Origin: Candidatus Hydrogenedentota bacterium
Lineage (GTDB): Bacteria; Hydrogenedentota; Hydrogenedentia; Hydrogenedentales; CAITNO01
DNA length: 26,075 nucleotides
Assembly (NCBI GenBank): GCA_903902895.1
Contig: CAIUWO010000484.1
Coordinates: forward strand, 1-26,075
Reading direction: 5' to 3'
Program-made: the position numbers and the translations under genes
In this document: piece by piece, positions 1 to 8,913 of the stretch
How the letters are laid out: the number at the start of each line of letters is the position of its first letter
Position numbering within the stretch: the first letter of the stretch is position 1
The notes under the pieces: model-generated
The model's database searches: none
Seen by the model: the letters and a program-made list of their open reading frames with translations, nothing else
Told to the model about the DNA's origin: nothing

Positions 1-790
1 CGGCGGAAGCGGCGCTGTTGGCGGCGGACCTGGCGGTCGGCACTGTGACCGCCGAGTGCAGCAATGCCGTCGCGGCGGGCAATGTCATTAGCCAGAACCC
101 GGTTGCCCCCGGCCCGGCGCTGTTCGGTAGCGCGGTTGATTTGGTGGTCTCGACAGGCCTGTGCAGCGTTGTGGTTCCCGACGTGGTGGGCCTCGCGCAG
201 TCTGCGGCGGAAGCGGCGCTGTTGGCGGCGGACCTGGCGGTCGGCAGCGTGACGACCGAGTGTAGCAACTCCGTTGCATCCGGCAATGTGATTAGCCAGA
301 ACCCCACGGCCCCCGGTCCTGCGCTGTTCGGCAGTGCGGTGGACCTCGTGGTCTCGACGGGCCTGTGCAGTGTGGCCGTTCCCGATGTGGCCGGCCTTGC
401 GCAGTCCACGGCGGAAACGGCGGTGCTAGCCGCCGGTCTTGTTGTGGGCACTGTCTCCACCGAGTGCAGCAACACGGTTGCCGATGGCCTGGTCATCAGC
501 CAGAACCCCTCCGCCCCCGGCCCCGTGCTGTTCGGCAGCGCGGTGGATTTGGTGGTCTCGACAGGCCTGTGCAGCGTTGCGGTTCCCGACGTGACCGGCC
601 TCGCTCAGTCGGAGGCGCAGGATGCGCTGCTTGCTGCCGGACTTGTGGTGGGCTCGGTCGCAACGGCGTGCAGCGACACGGTTGCCGAGGGTCTGGTCGT
701 CAGCCAGAGCCCCTCGTCGCCCGGTCCGGCGCCGTACGGCGGCCCGGTTAACCTGGTAGTTTCCACGGGCCCGTGCAACGTGGCGGTTGA
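1..790 (+). repeat. tandem direct repeats, ~204-bp period, about 4.5 copies, encoding the PASTA modules
   Basis: Near-identical nucleotide blocks recur, e.g. cggcggaagcggcgctgttggcggcggacctggcggtcggca at ~1 and ~205, with diverged copies at ~409 and ~613. Each unit ends in gtctcgacaggcctgtgcag. Confidence 0.7.
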
Positions 791-1784
791 AATGGTTTCG
801 GTGCCGGCGGGCGCGTTCACGATGGGCAACTGCGGGGTCGGCGATGATGCCGCAGTCGGCCAGCCGGATGAGTTGCCGGCGCATTCCGTAACATTGTCGG
901 CATATGGGATTGGCCAATACGAGGTGACGAACCGGCAGTATTGCGACGTGCTGAACTGGGCGCTGGCACAGGGATACCTGAAAGACAGTTCGGGTGACAC
1001 ATGGACGGGCGCGGATGACATCTACGCCGGCGGCGACCTGCAGCGAATCCTGTCCTACACGGATGAGGCCTGCAACATCCAGTACTCGGGCGGGGTATTC
1101 TCCTCCAAGACGCGGGTGGGCCTGCCGGCTTTGACGGACTATTCCATGGACACCCATCCCGTGGTGGATGTGTCCTGGTATGGCTCGGCCGCGTTCTGCA
1201 ACTGGCTGAGTCTGATGGAGGGGCTGACGCCGTGCTACGACATGTCCGCGGCGGACTGGCCGCTGACCGTGGCTCCGCCGACGCCTGGCGGCTACCGCCT
1301 GCCGACGGAGGCCGAGTGGGAGTGTGCCGCGGCGTGGGACGGGACGATACACTGGGTCTATGCGTTCACCTCGGACACGCTTTCTGGCAAGGACCGTTGC
1401 AACTACTATGACTCCGCGCCTGACTTCCTGAATCCGTTTGGCCTGGCCACGATGCCCTACACGTCCCCGGTGGGCTGGTTCAACGGGGTGAGCGTCAGTC
1501 CGAGCGGGAATGTGACGACAGTGAACAGCATGAGCCCCGCCGGGTGCTACGACATGAGCGGGAACGCCTGGGAGTGGTGCGGTGACGGGTACCTGGACAC
1601 ATACTACAGCGTCAGTCCGCCGACAAATCCGACGGGGCCGGCCTCGAGCACGGTTCGCGTGATCCGCGGGGGCAGTTGGGGCCACGGCGGCAGCGGTGGC
1701 GACGGCGAGCGCTGCGCGGGCCGCGGGTACGACGCCCCGTGGGGCGCCAGCGACGGCATAGGGTTCCGTGTTGCGAGGTCGTGA
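1..1784 (+). CDS. PASTA-repeat / formylglycine-generating-enzyme (FGE-sulfatase, SUMF1-like) domain protein, 5' end outside window
   Basis: The reading frame is open from nt 3 and continues the repeat unit, so the gene starts upstream of the window. There are five ~68-aa repeats of the type VPDVxGLAQSxAExALLAAxLxVGxVxTECSxxVAxGxVISQNPxAPGPALFGSAVDLVVSTGLC, which is the PASTA fold pattern. They are followed by an FGE-type domain (SVPAGAFTMGN, PVVDVSWYGSAAFCNWLS, GYRLPTEAEWE, NAWEWCGDGY, VIRGGSW, GFRVARS). Stop codon at 1782-1784. Confidence 0.7.
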   Translation, partial: AEAALLAADLAVGTVTAECSNAVAAGNVISQNPVAPGPALFGSAVDLVVSTGLCSVVVPDVVGLAQSAAEAALLAADLAVGSVTTECSNSVASGNVISQNPTAPGPALFGSAVDLVVSTGLCSVAVPDVAGLAQSTAETAVLAAGLVVGTVSTECSNTVADGLVISQNPSAPGPVLFGSAVDLVVSTGLCSVAVPDVTGLAQSEAQDALLAAGLVVGSVATACSDTVAEGLVVSQSPSSPGPAPYGGPVNLVVSTGPCNVAVEMVSVPAGAFTMGNCGVGDDAAVGQPDELPAHSVTLSAYGIGQYEVTNRQYCDVLNWALAQGYLKDSSGDTWTGADDIYAGGDLQRILSYTDEACNIQYSGGVFSSKTRVGLPALTDYSMDTHPVVDVSWYGSAAFCNWLSLMEGLTPCYDMSAADWPLTVAPPTPGGYRLPTEAEWECAAAWDGTIHWVYAFTSDTLSGKDRCNYYDSAPDFLNPFGLATMPYTSPVGWFNGVSVSPSGNVTTVNSMSPAGCYDMSGNAWEWCGDGYLDTYYSVSPPTNPTGPASSTVRVIRGGSWGHGGSGGDGERCAGRGYDAPWGASDGIGFRVARS

Positions 1785-1864
1785 CCGCGCGGGGCCGAAA
1801 TATTCCGCCGAACGGCGCCCCCTCCGAGGTGCGCACTCAGCGGTTCGGCCGATGCGTCAATCCG

Positions 1865-4800
1865 CTATCTTGTAGGTTTCAGCAGCCCCCGCATGAAACC
1901 TTTTGACGGGGTCTTTTGCGGCTCTTCCGTTGTTGCCGGGGCGGTTTCTTGGGCGGGTGTCTTGCGGATGGGCAGCATCCCGGCGTCGGGCCGCACTTTC
2001 GGGTTGAACGGAGACCCTGTGGCGCGGATGCGGAGCCCCGTGCCGCTCGACAGCAGGCCGCTCACCATCTTGACACCCGGCACCAGGTCGGCCACCCCCG
2101 TCACCGACCTGAGCGGGTTAAAGCCGAGGGTGACGTCCATGGCGTCGGCAGGGAGATCAATCATGCCGCCGCCCTCAATGGCATAGGCGTTGTCCATGAT
2201 CGTGAACTTTTCCACCGCGATGCGGCCGTCCGCGATCTGGAGCCTAATCGTGGAGCTTTTGAACGTGAGTCCCTCATCCTTGAGCGAGGGCATTGTCAGG
2301 CGCACGATCTCCGTGCCTTTCAATACGGTCAGCAGTTCGGTGGCATAGCGAATCTTCCCGTAGCTGCCGTTTTCGGCGTTGATGTCAACGGCGCCGTTCA
2401 GCCCTTTCTGGAACGCCGCGCCGCCGGCAAGCGGAAAACGCAGATGGACCGGCCCGCTCATGGCCCCGCGCATTCCGCTCGGCTCCGCAAAGAACAGTCG
2501 GTCCACCAGATCGAGATCAATCCCGGAAAGGTTCAGCGCGGTGTCCAGCCCGCCGGGCGCGCCGTAAGTCATGATTGCGGTGCCCTGGGCGGAGCCTCTT
2601 TCCGCCTGAAAGGCAAGCGTGGATGCCGTGACCGTGTCCTGCGTGAATGCAATTTCGGCGCGCACGGCCTCCATGCGGCCGCGCTTGTATAAAAGGGCCC
2701 CAAGCTGAACCGTCGCCTTTCCGGTGATGCGCTTCACAGGTCCCAACGCTTTCGATTCGGCGGAGTCCGATGGGGGGGCGCCAGGCGCTGTCCCGGTGCG
2801 CGCGACGGCAAACGCCTGACGCATGGCTGTCATGGCGTCGAGGTTCAGTGTTGCCCCCGTGACCGATGCGTCCAGCACCCGGTCTTTCAGGGTGCCGCTG
2901 AAAGTGCAGTCGCTGCCCGCGCCGAGAACGCGCAGCGACTCACATTGGACCGAACCGCTCCGGTACCCCACGCTGCCTGTCATTGAATCAATGGCCACCC
3001 CGGGGGCCAGTGTCACACCGGCCCCGTCAAGATGGAGTGTCGCATTCACGGGTGCCAGTTCGACCGAACCCGACACCTGCCCTGAAAATGTCCCGCCCCC
3101 GGTGAGCAGGGGAGACAACGGCGCCAGATTGAGCCTCAACTCGGGAATCCGAAGCGCCCCCCCGGTCCGCAGCATCGTGATGGTCTCGCCAAGCACGACA
3201 AGCTCCACGGATTGCAGGGGCGTGGATTGCGACGGATCGACAAGCACGGACACGGCGGCGGGGGTGCCGGACTTCTTTGCGACATGCTCGTTCAGGCGTA
3301 TGGCGGCGTTTTCCATGTCCGCCTTGATGCGCAGCCCCGGTTCCGCGCCCCCCATCTGGATGGACACGTTGGCGGCGCCTTCTGTGTGAACCGGCACCGG
3401 CAGCGCGGCCGCAAGCACGCCAAGCGGAACCTCGGCGGAAACGGCCAGCTGTTTCAATGCCATCCCGGCGGTGTCCCCCGCAAGACCAAGCGACCCGCGC
3501 AGGGCAGGTGCGCCCTGGCGCTCCAGTTGAAGATGGATTCCCCGGTCCTTCTTGCCGGGCATTTGAAGGGAGAGGTCAAAACTGGAGCTGCCCCACTTTT
3601 CGGCCAGCGGCATGCCGTATGCCCGGCCCTGGCCCTCCGGAATAAAGGACGCGGCGACTGCGGTCATGTCCAGCCGGAACACCCCTTTCAGCAGCGCCTC
3701 GGCCGGGGTGTACACGCCTTCGAAACCAACCGTGCCCAACCGCTCGGAGTTTGCGGTCATCTTGCTCTGAATGCGCCCGTCCTTAAAGCCGAATGAGGCC
3801 GACAGTCCCGAGCAGCGGTCCGTGTACGCTTGGGTTGCCAGCGTAAACCGCCCGTCCTGGAGTTGGCCATCCAGTTCCAGGTCCGGCGGCATGGCCGCGC
3901 CCGGCGTGATGGTGGCCGCGAATCGCTTTACGCTCAGCCGGCCGCCCAGGTCGGAAATGGGACTGGTCGGCGCGAGTGCCCCTATCTGCCCCACCGCCAG
4001 GTCCGCGTCTCCGGCCAGTTCCAGTCGAGCCGTGCGCGCATCCAAATCAAGGCGGACCACGCCGGAAACGGAAACCCCCTCGCTGCTCAGCTTGGCGATC
4101 CTGAACGTGTTGTTCTCCACGCTGACGCTCCCGCTGATCCCGCGCAAAACCCTGCCTTGAGCAGCGCCCACCAGGTCAATCCCTTGGAATGACGCACCCC
4201 CTGCGGTCAGGCCCAATCCCCCCCCGGCAACAGGGCCGACCTGCAGTCCGGCAAGGGTGAACGCGGCCTGGTCCCGGGGCTCGAGATGGAATCCGGGCAG
4301 GGGAACCAGCGCCAGAAGCACGCGAAGTCCCTCCCCCTGCGCCGCGGCGCTGGAAACGGTGGCCGAAAGGGGGCCTCCCGGTGTGAACGAAATGTCGGCG
4401 GCCGCTTTCAGACCGGGCGATTCAATCCCCACATTGCGGAGAAGCAGTTGGCCTTCCTTCCAGGCCGCCTGCCCGCCAATCCTTCCCGAAAAAGATTCCG
4501 ATGCGTCCGTCTCCAGCGTGCCCGAAAGGTCGCCCGCCAGCGAATCGGGCAGGGACCCGGAGAGGCGCAGGTCGAGATCGATCCGCGTGTGCGGAATGCT
4601 TTCGTCCTTCACAATATTTTCAATGTCGATGCGGTGCGCCGACACGGTCCCATCCAGCCGTGGCTTTTCACCCGGCGCCAATGCAATGGACAGCGCCGCC
4701 GTCAGGTCCATGTCCTTGGAGATCGCCGGGGCGCTGGCGCTGGCGTTGACGGTCATCTTCGGGGTGAGCAGGTCGCGCAGTTCCACGCGCCCTGTCAGTG

Positions 4801-5365
4801 GCGCCGATTCACCGCGGTATATGGAAAGATCGCCCAGCGTCACCTGCCGGATGCTCAAAACAAAGCCCGCGACCCGCGTTTTCCCATCCGGGGCGGCGGT
4901 CGGCGCCGTGGCAGGCGACTCGCTTTTCCCCGGGGTGCCGCCGCCTGCCCGTTCAGCCACCGCCGCGACACGGTCCTTGAGCACACGGTCCGCCGCCGGA
5001 AGATGAACCACTACGGGCGCGGCGTTGATGGCGGTGATGTCAAGCTCACGGTGCAAAAGCCCCCCCAACCGGACATGAACGCCAATCATGGCGGCTTCCA
5101 GCCTGAAATCCCCCTCGCCGAGCACCAACGCGCGCGCCGTCAGTTGCGGCGTGGGAAAAAGGGTCAGGTCAAGCGTTCCGACCGACGCCGGCAATCCGGT
5201 CAAATCCGTGAGCGCGGCCGCAAGGAGCGGGGCGTATCCCTCCACCTGCAAATACTGCCTGAACCCCTGCCACAAGACGGCGCCCGCCGCAACCAGGACA
5301 ATCACCGAAACCAGCCAGCGCTTCCACCGCCGGCCGCTCCGTTGACCCCCAGTGCCGATACTCAT
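1865..5365 (-). CDS. AsmA-family (AsmA/YhdP/TamB-like) envelope protein
   Basis: The track ORF is 1865..5536. I place the start at internal Met 58 (MSIGTGGQRSG..., ATG ending 5365), which is preceded by GGAGA six nt upstream. The sequence has an N-terminal basic stretch and TM helix (RRWKRWLVSVIVLVAAGAVLW), then a long beta-rich body, and an AsmA-like C-terminal region (DLSGIDLDLVDRLF...FTIMDNAYAIEGGGMIDLPADAMDVTLGF). The 57 codons upstream of Met 58 look like non-coding read-through. Confidence 0.65.
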   Translation of the reverse strand: MSIGTGGQRSGRRWKRWLVSVIVLVAAGAVLWQGFRQYLQVEGYAPLLAAALTDLTGLPASVGTLDLTLFPTPQLTARALVLGEGDFRLEAAMIGVHVRLGGLLHRELDITAINAAPVVVHLPAADRVLKDRVAAVAERAGGGTPGKSESPATAPTAAPDGKTRVAGFVLSIRQVTLGDLSIYRGESAPLTGRVELRDLLTPKMTVNASASAPAISKDMDLTAALSIALAPGEKPRLDGTVSAHRIDIENIVKDESIPHTRIDLDLRLSGSLPDSLAGDLSGTLETDASESFSGRIGGQAAWKEGQLLLRNVGIESPGLKAAADISFTPGGPLSATVSSAAAQGEGLRVLLALVPLPGFHLEPRDQAAFTLAGLQVGPVAGGGLGLTAGGASFQGIDLVGAAQGRVLRGISGSVSVENNTFRIAKLSSEGVSVSGVVRLDLDARTARLELAGDADLAVGQIGALAPTSPISDLGGRLSVKRFAATITPGAAMPPDLELDGQLQDGRFTLATQAYTDRCSGLSASFGFKDGRIQSKMTANSERLGTVGFEGVYTPAEALLKGVFRLDMTAVAASFIPEGQGRAYGMPLAEKWGSSSFDLSLQMPGKKDRGIHLQLERQGAPALRGSLGLAGDTAGMALKQLAVSAEVPLGVLAAALPVPVHTEGAANVSIQMGGAEPGLRIKADMENAAIRLNEHVAKKSGTPAAVSVLVDPSQSTPLQSVELVVLGETITMLRTGGALRIPELRLNLAPLSPLLTGGGTFSGQVSGSVELAPVNATLHLDGAGVTLAPGVAIDSMTGSVGYRSGSVQCESLRVLGAGSDCTFSGTLKDRVLDASVTGATLNLDAMTAMRQAFAVARTGTAPGAPPSDSAESKALGPVKRITGKATVQLGALLYKRGRMEAVRAEIAFTQDTVTASTLAFQAERGSAQGTAIMTYGAPGGLDTALNLSGIDLDLVDRLFFAEPSGMRGAMSGPVHLRFPLAGGAAFQKGLNGAVDINAENGSYGKIRYATELLTVLKGTEIVRLTMPSLKDEGLTFKSSTIRLQIADGRIAVEKFTIMDNAYAIEGGGMIDLPADAMDVTLGFNPLRSVTGVADLVPGVKMVSGLLSSGTGLRIRATGSPFNPKVRPDAGMLPIRKTPAQETAPATTEEPQKTPSKGFMRGLLKPTR

Positions 5366-5941
5366 CGCATTTCTCCAAAATGTCTGGCGCACGCGCGCGA
5401 CGCTTTCATGGTGCCACATGTCGACGGACCGGGTATGGGCCGGGGAAACCGCACAAAACCCGATGCCCTGCCAAACAGACCCATTGCCCGCGCAAACAAA
5501 GGGAGGCATGGTGGACCGGTGGGAACCCGAGCCCACGGCCGCCGGATTAAACTTGAAGGGAACAGGGGCCGGCGGTGTTTCGCCGCGGAAGACCGTTCAC
5601 CACCTGTTGAAAAACCAATTGTATCACGGGGTCAATTGCCCGGCAAGAGCGCATGCATCTCCTGCACCCGAGACACCGCGCGCGCCATCCGCCCCGGTGC
5701 GGCCCACCGCTGCGTGTTTCCATCCAGCCCGCAATTTTGTTGCCGGAACTTTGCCCGATGATTGCCGTAACTGCATCTTGGAAAGGCACCCTTCTGGGAT
5801 GAAGACCCAAAGGGATGCCGCGGATGCCGCCTTGGACATGCGGGGAAGCGTTCACGTGAACCGTGAACCGCATGATGCCGGCGTTCACGCCGGCGCAAAG
5901 CACCGCAGGCATGACGAATCACTGAAAACGGAGATGACACC

Positions 5942-6112
5942 ATGAAACGCTTGACCTTGGTTCTTCCCGCGATGGCTGTCGTGGCGCTCGCGCTCCTGTC
6001 GGGGGGCTGTGCGACACAGGCCGGAACCGGCGCCGTGGTGGGCGGTGCCATTGGCGCCGGCACCGGCGCGGTGGTCGGAAACGATATGGACAGGCGGGAC
6101 CTGGGAAGATAA
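5942..6112 (+). CDS. small lipoprotein with glycine-zipper (GxxxG) repeats, 56 aa; not in the ORF track because it is under 60 aa
   Basis: ATG at 5942 follows GGAGA by seven nt. Translation: MKRLTLVLPAMAVVALALLSGGCATQAGTGAVVGGAIGAGTGAVVGNDMDRRDLGR, stop TAA 6110-6112. It has a signal peptide with a lipobox-like LSGGC, then a Gly/Ala zipper typical of OsmB/YMGG-like lipoproteins. Confidence 0.5.
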   Translation: MKRLTLVLPAMAVVALALLSGGCATQAGTGAVVGGAIGAGTGAVVGNDMDRRDLGR

Positions 6113-6730
6113 GTTCCGTCGCCGAACAACACTGCGGCGGCCATTGCGGGACCGACGGCTGACGGGGATGGACCCGCACGGCCGCGGTCCCGTTTACCGC
6201 AATTAATGGCGACGCAGCGGGAATTGACGGAGACTCATTGGGACAGGGAAATCGCAAGGAAAGCAAACAGAAGGCACCCCCCCGCCAGGCAGAGCCCCCC
6301 AAGCAGGCGCTTGCGCGGTCTTCGCGCCCAAATATAGACGCCCGAAAGCACCCAGAAGACCGTTGATGCGGTGACCGCGTCAACGATCAGGGCCACGTGT
6401 TGGGCATACCCGCGTACCCGCCGCTCTCCTCCCATCCGGACCAGCGGAACCAGGTGGCCGCGTAGGACCCCTGCGTCTTGCCCGCCATGCGGCCCCGCCA
6501 AGCGATGGCACAACGCTAGTGCTCCATTCCTTTTTGTGTCTTTTGTGCCCTCTGTGGCAAAGCCTTCTCGGCCACGCAAAACACAAATTTCTTAAAACAG
6601 TGCGCACCTGCTCCGTGCTCCTGCCCAAAAGATTCAACTTTCCCGGCCCGCCCAGTCTATCCATCGCCGCAGACCCCGTCAAACCCTCCCGCTGCGCGCC
6701 TTACCCTACGTGCCCGACCCCCGAATTAAG

Positions 6731-6777
6731 TAAGGTGTCCCGAATGGCGCTAACTTAGCGCCATTCTAAGGTGTCCC
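6731..6777. repeat. near-perfect 23-bp palindrome (AATGGCGCTAAcTTAGCGCCATT, ~6743-6765) flanked by 11-bp direct repeats TAAGGTGTCCC (~6731-6741 and ~6767-6777)
   Basis: Read directly in an ~830-bp apparently non-coding, relatively AT-rich island (6113-6941). No T-run follows on either strand, so it is not a canonical terminator. Confidence 0.45.
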
Positions 6778-6941
6778 TTGAATTCCAATTCGTGTCCCCC
6801 ATTTATTCGCGCTAGCGACACGCCGTTGTTAGGGAAGCCCGGAGGTTGGGTGGCGGGCACAGTGTGCCTTATCAGATTGCCACGGGTCTGCAAAGCCGTA
6901 CTCAAGTCGGGTTGTTGGCGCGGCGGGGAAAGACGCCCGGG

Positions 6942-7532
6942 TTACAGCAACCTTTCCAATTCGTCGTTTGGAATGCACAGCGGACGAATATAGCGGATCT
7001 CGCCGGCCTTCACATCGTAGATCTCCATAATCGGTCCCTCGGGCACGCCCCGCTCAATGAAATGTCGGTTCATCGCCGGATAAACCCGTCTTGCTCCGAC
7101 GGCTATCGACGTGTGCCCGCGGAACGGGAAGCGCGCCACCACCGCCCAGCCGCCCGGCAGCAACGCCATGCGGAACTGGGGAGATGTCTTCTTCAAGGCA
7201 TCCGCCTGGTCCGCCGTCACGACGCACCCGCCCAGGCTGCGCAGATTGTCCTTCCCCGTCTTGAGCGGATTGTCGAAAAACAGGGCGCATCCAAGCTCCG
7301 GGACGATGCCGTGGGTCTCGCTCAGCTCGCGGCACACCCCGGCCCATACGGGGCCAATAAGCTGATAGGGGCCCGAATGCGTGTTGTAGGCGACCCAGAT
7401 GGGATCGAGTATTTTCGTCTCCGGTCTTACGGGCTCAAACAAGCCGAAGCGCCGCGCAAACCAGTACAACGCGGCAATATCAACCGCTATCACGAGGATC
7501 ACGACACCAGCAATCACCTCATTCATCGGCAT
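6942..7532 (-). CDS. membrane-anchored GyrI-like (AraC effector-binding-type) small-molecule-binding domain protein
   Basis: ATG at 7532 is preceded by AAGGAGGTGA. There is an N-terminal TM helix (VIAGVVILVIAVDIAALYWF), then a ~150-aa domain with a GyrI-like pattern (KILDPIWVAYNTHSGPY...PELGCALFFDNP...FRMALLPGGWAVVARF...GPIMEIYD). The overlapping plus ORF 6846..7637 is Arg-rich nonsense. Confidence 0.4.
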   Translation of the reverse strand: MPMNEVIAGVVILVIAVDIAALYWFARRFGLFEPVRPETKILDPIWVAYNTHSGPYQLIGPVWAGVCRELSETHGIVPELGCALFFDNPLKTGKDNLRSLGGCVVTADQADALKKTSPQFRMALLPGGWAVVARFPFRGHTSIAVGARRVYPAMNRHFIERGVPEGPIMEIYDVKAGEIRYIRPLCIPNDELERLL

Positions 7533-7844
7533 GGGTCACCTCCTTTGCCGCCCCTGGCCCCCGCGCCTGTCCGCCGCTCCCACGGGAACCATACGCCCAT
7601 ACCCACCTTAACCGCAAAGTTCGCGCATCCTGCATGAAATGTGCACGCAGTTCCACCTCGACTTCTGGAGACCCGGCGGGGAGGCGCCCTCGTTGGCCTC
7701 TTGTTGCCCGCAACTGACTCTGCAGGCCGGAAATAGACCGGCAACCGCGTGAACAGTCCCTGCCCAATCTCTTGCGAGCAAGCCTGCCTGGCGGCGATGC
7801 AGACCGAGGGGTTTGCCCCCGCGCCCTTGAGCGGATGATATCGA

Positions 7845-8252
7845 CTATTTGTTTACACGCGAATGCAAAGATCCCCGCCGCCCAAGTTGCCCAGGCGGGT
7901 GTCCACCCAAAAGGTAGACTTTCACGGGAATCAGTCCGTCACTTTCATGTAACTCGTGGATCGCCGCGTGGGACAGGTCAATCACACGTCCCGCCACATA
8001 GGGTCCACGGTCGTTGAGCTTGCAGACTACCGCGCGGCCATTGGGGGCAACGACGAGGTAGTAATCGCCGAACTTTCCGCGGCGCATGGCGCAGGTGAAT
8101 CCCTCATCCCGCAGCGGGTCGCCGGAAGCGGTGATGGAACTGCTCTCGCGTGTCGTGTAATACGAGGCTATGCCTTCGGCAACAGGCTGAATAGGCTGCG
8201 AGGAAAGCAGTACCAGCACCACAAATTCAAACATTCCGCATGGTGTCCTCAT
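7845..8252 (-). CDS. RlpA-like double-psi beta-barrel (DPBB) protein, secreted
   Basis: Signal peptide (MFEFVVLVLLSSQPIQPVAEG), then the RlpA/DPBB signature GIASYY...TASGDPL...FTCAMRRGKFGDYYLVVAPNGRAVVCKLNDRGPYVAGRVIDLSHAAIHEL. ATG at 8252 is preceded by AGGAGG. Confidence 0.65.
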   Translation of the reverse strand: MRTPCGMFEFVVLVLLSSQPIQPVAEGIASYYTTRESSSITASGDPLRDEGFTCAMRRGKFGDYYLVVAPNGRAVVCKLNDRGPYVAGRVIDLSHAAIHELHESDGLIPVKVYLLGGHPPGQLGRRGSLHSRVNK

Positions 8253-8551
8253 GTTGCCTCCTGCAGGACACGCGCACCCCTATGTCAATCGCGCTGTATT
8301 CGTACCAGTTACAGGCTGCTACGTGCGCCAAACGGGAACCTTCGCTTGATTGCTGCGTTTCTGCCATGCTCATTCACCTCCCTTCCATGCATATCAGGAC
8401 TTTCATCCAGATTTGGGATGGGTGTTGCATGCCGGTCGTTACCGAACCCCTTGTTGTCGCATCGTCCTGATTAACGTGCGATAGTCGCTTTTCTTTGGTT
8501 TTAATGGCGGTGTCACATGCCGCAACCGCCATGAATCAGCCAAATTAATAG

Positions 8552-8569
8552 AGCAAGATATGCGCCAAA
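8552..8569 (-). promoter_or_regulatory. sigma54 (-24/-12) promoter facing the RlpA-like gene
   Basis: The minus strand reads TTGGCGC-ATATC-TTGCT, i.e. TGGCGC-N5-TTGCT, with the GG and GC dinucleotides 12 nt apart exactly as in the consensus TGGCAC-N5-TTGCW. The predicted TSS is ~8541. Confidence 0.5.
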
Positions 8570-8669
8570 CATGGAAAAACCTGGCCTTTCGCGACAACCC
8601 CTTGGGATGCAGGGCCTTAGAAAAACGGCCCTGTCAAGTTCGTAGAAAGAAGAGGGGGAGGGCGTTGGA

Positions 8670-8730
8670 TTCTATGGAGTGTGTTCCATAAATGTGGAAT
8701 CCAACCCAATTTCCGCAGGTTCAGCAGGGA
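8670..8730. promoter_or_regulatory. conserved ~60-bp palindromic UAS-like element, copy 1
   Basis: TTCTATGGA-gtgtg-TTCCATA-a-ATGTGGAAT-ccaac-CCAATTTCC-gcaGGTTC. Three TGGAA/TTCCA half-sites are arranged as TATGGA-N6-TCCATA plus TTCCA-N6-TGGAA. It lies ~105 bp upstream of the -24 GG of the sigma54 promoter at 8552-8569. It is ~80% identical to the 25386-25446 element. Confidence 0.5.
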
Positions 8731-8913
8731 GGATCAAAGAACCTGTCCAGGGCGCGCAACACGCGCAGACAAAGCGCTTGACGGCACAGAAGTACGGCTG
8801 AATGTGGACCCGGCCGTGGGCGGGGTGGACGGCGCGACGGCATCTGACGAAGCAGGGCCCAATTAAGCAGCCCGGCTCAGACCAGATTCCAGGCACTCAG
8901 CGTTTGCACAGGT

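Noticed and set aside
5366-5536. In-frame N-terminal extensions in the track ORFs: 57 codons on the AsmA gene, 61 codons on GvpL at 13304..13486, 73 codons on the zinc-ribbon ORF at 22305..22523.
   Set aside because: The extensions are Arg/Gly/Pro/His-rich and non-conserved in character. Internal ATGs have good Shine-Dalgarno sequences, and in two cases overlap the upstream stop in the usual coupled arrangement.
1893-5945. Long plus-strand ORFs (e.g. 4286..5761 491 aa, 1916..2692 258 aa, 5352..5945 197 aa) opposite the AsmA gene.
   Set aside because: They are Arg/Gly/Pro/Ala-rich and low-complexity, with no domain signatures. They are typical antisense open frames in GC-rich DNA, and the minus-strand gene has a coherent domain architecture and a Shine-Dalgarno.
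6380-6579. Minus-strand ORF with a hydrophobic C-terminus (…VTASTVFWVLSGVYIWARRPRKRLLGGLCLAGGCLLFAFLAISLSQ) that could be a small two-TM membrane protein.
   Set aside because: There is no ATG with a Shine-Dalgarno (only TTG, or an internal ATG without an SD). It overlaps several other arbitrary frames in an otherwise non-coding island, so I am not calling it.
6846-7637. 263-aa plus-strand ORF overlapping the GyrI-like gene.
   Set aside because: It is an Arg-rich nonsense translation. The minus-strand frame has a TM helix, a fold-consistent pattern and an AAGGAGGTGA Shine-Dalgarno.
7806-7826. GGGG-gcaaa-CCCC stem just downstream of the RlpA-like stop on the minus strand.
   Set aside because: It is followed by only 2-3 U residues, which is too weak to call an intrinsic terminator.
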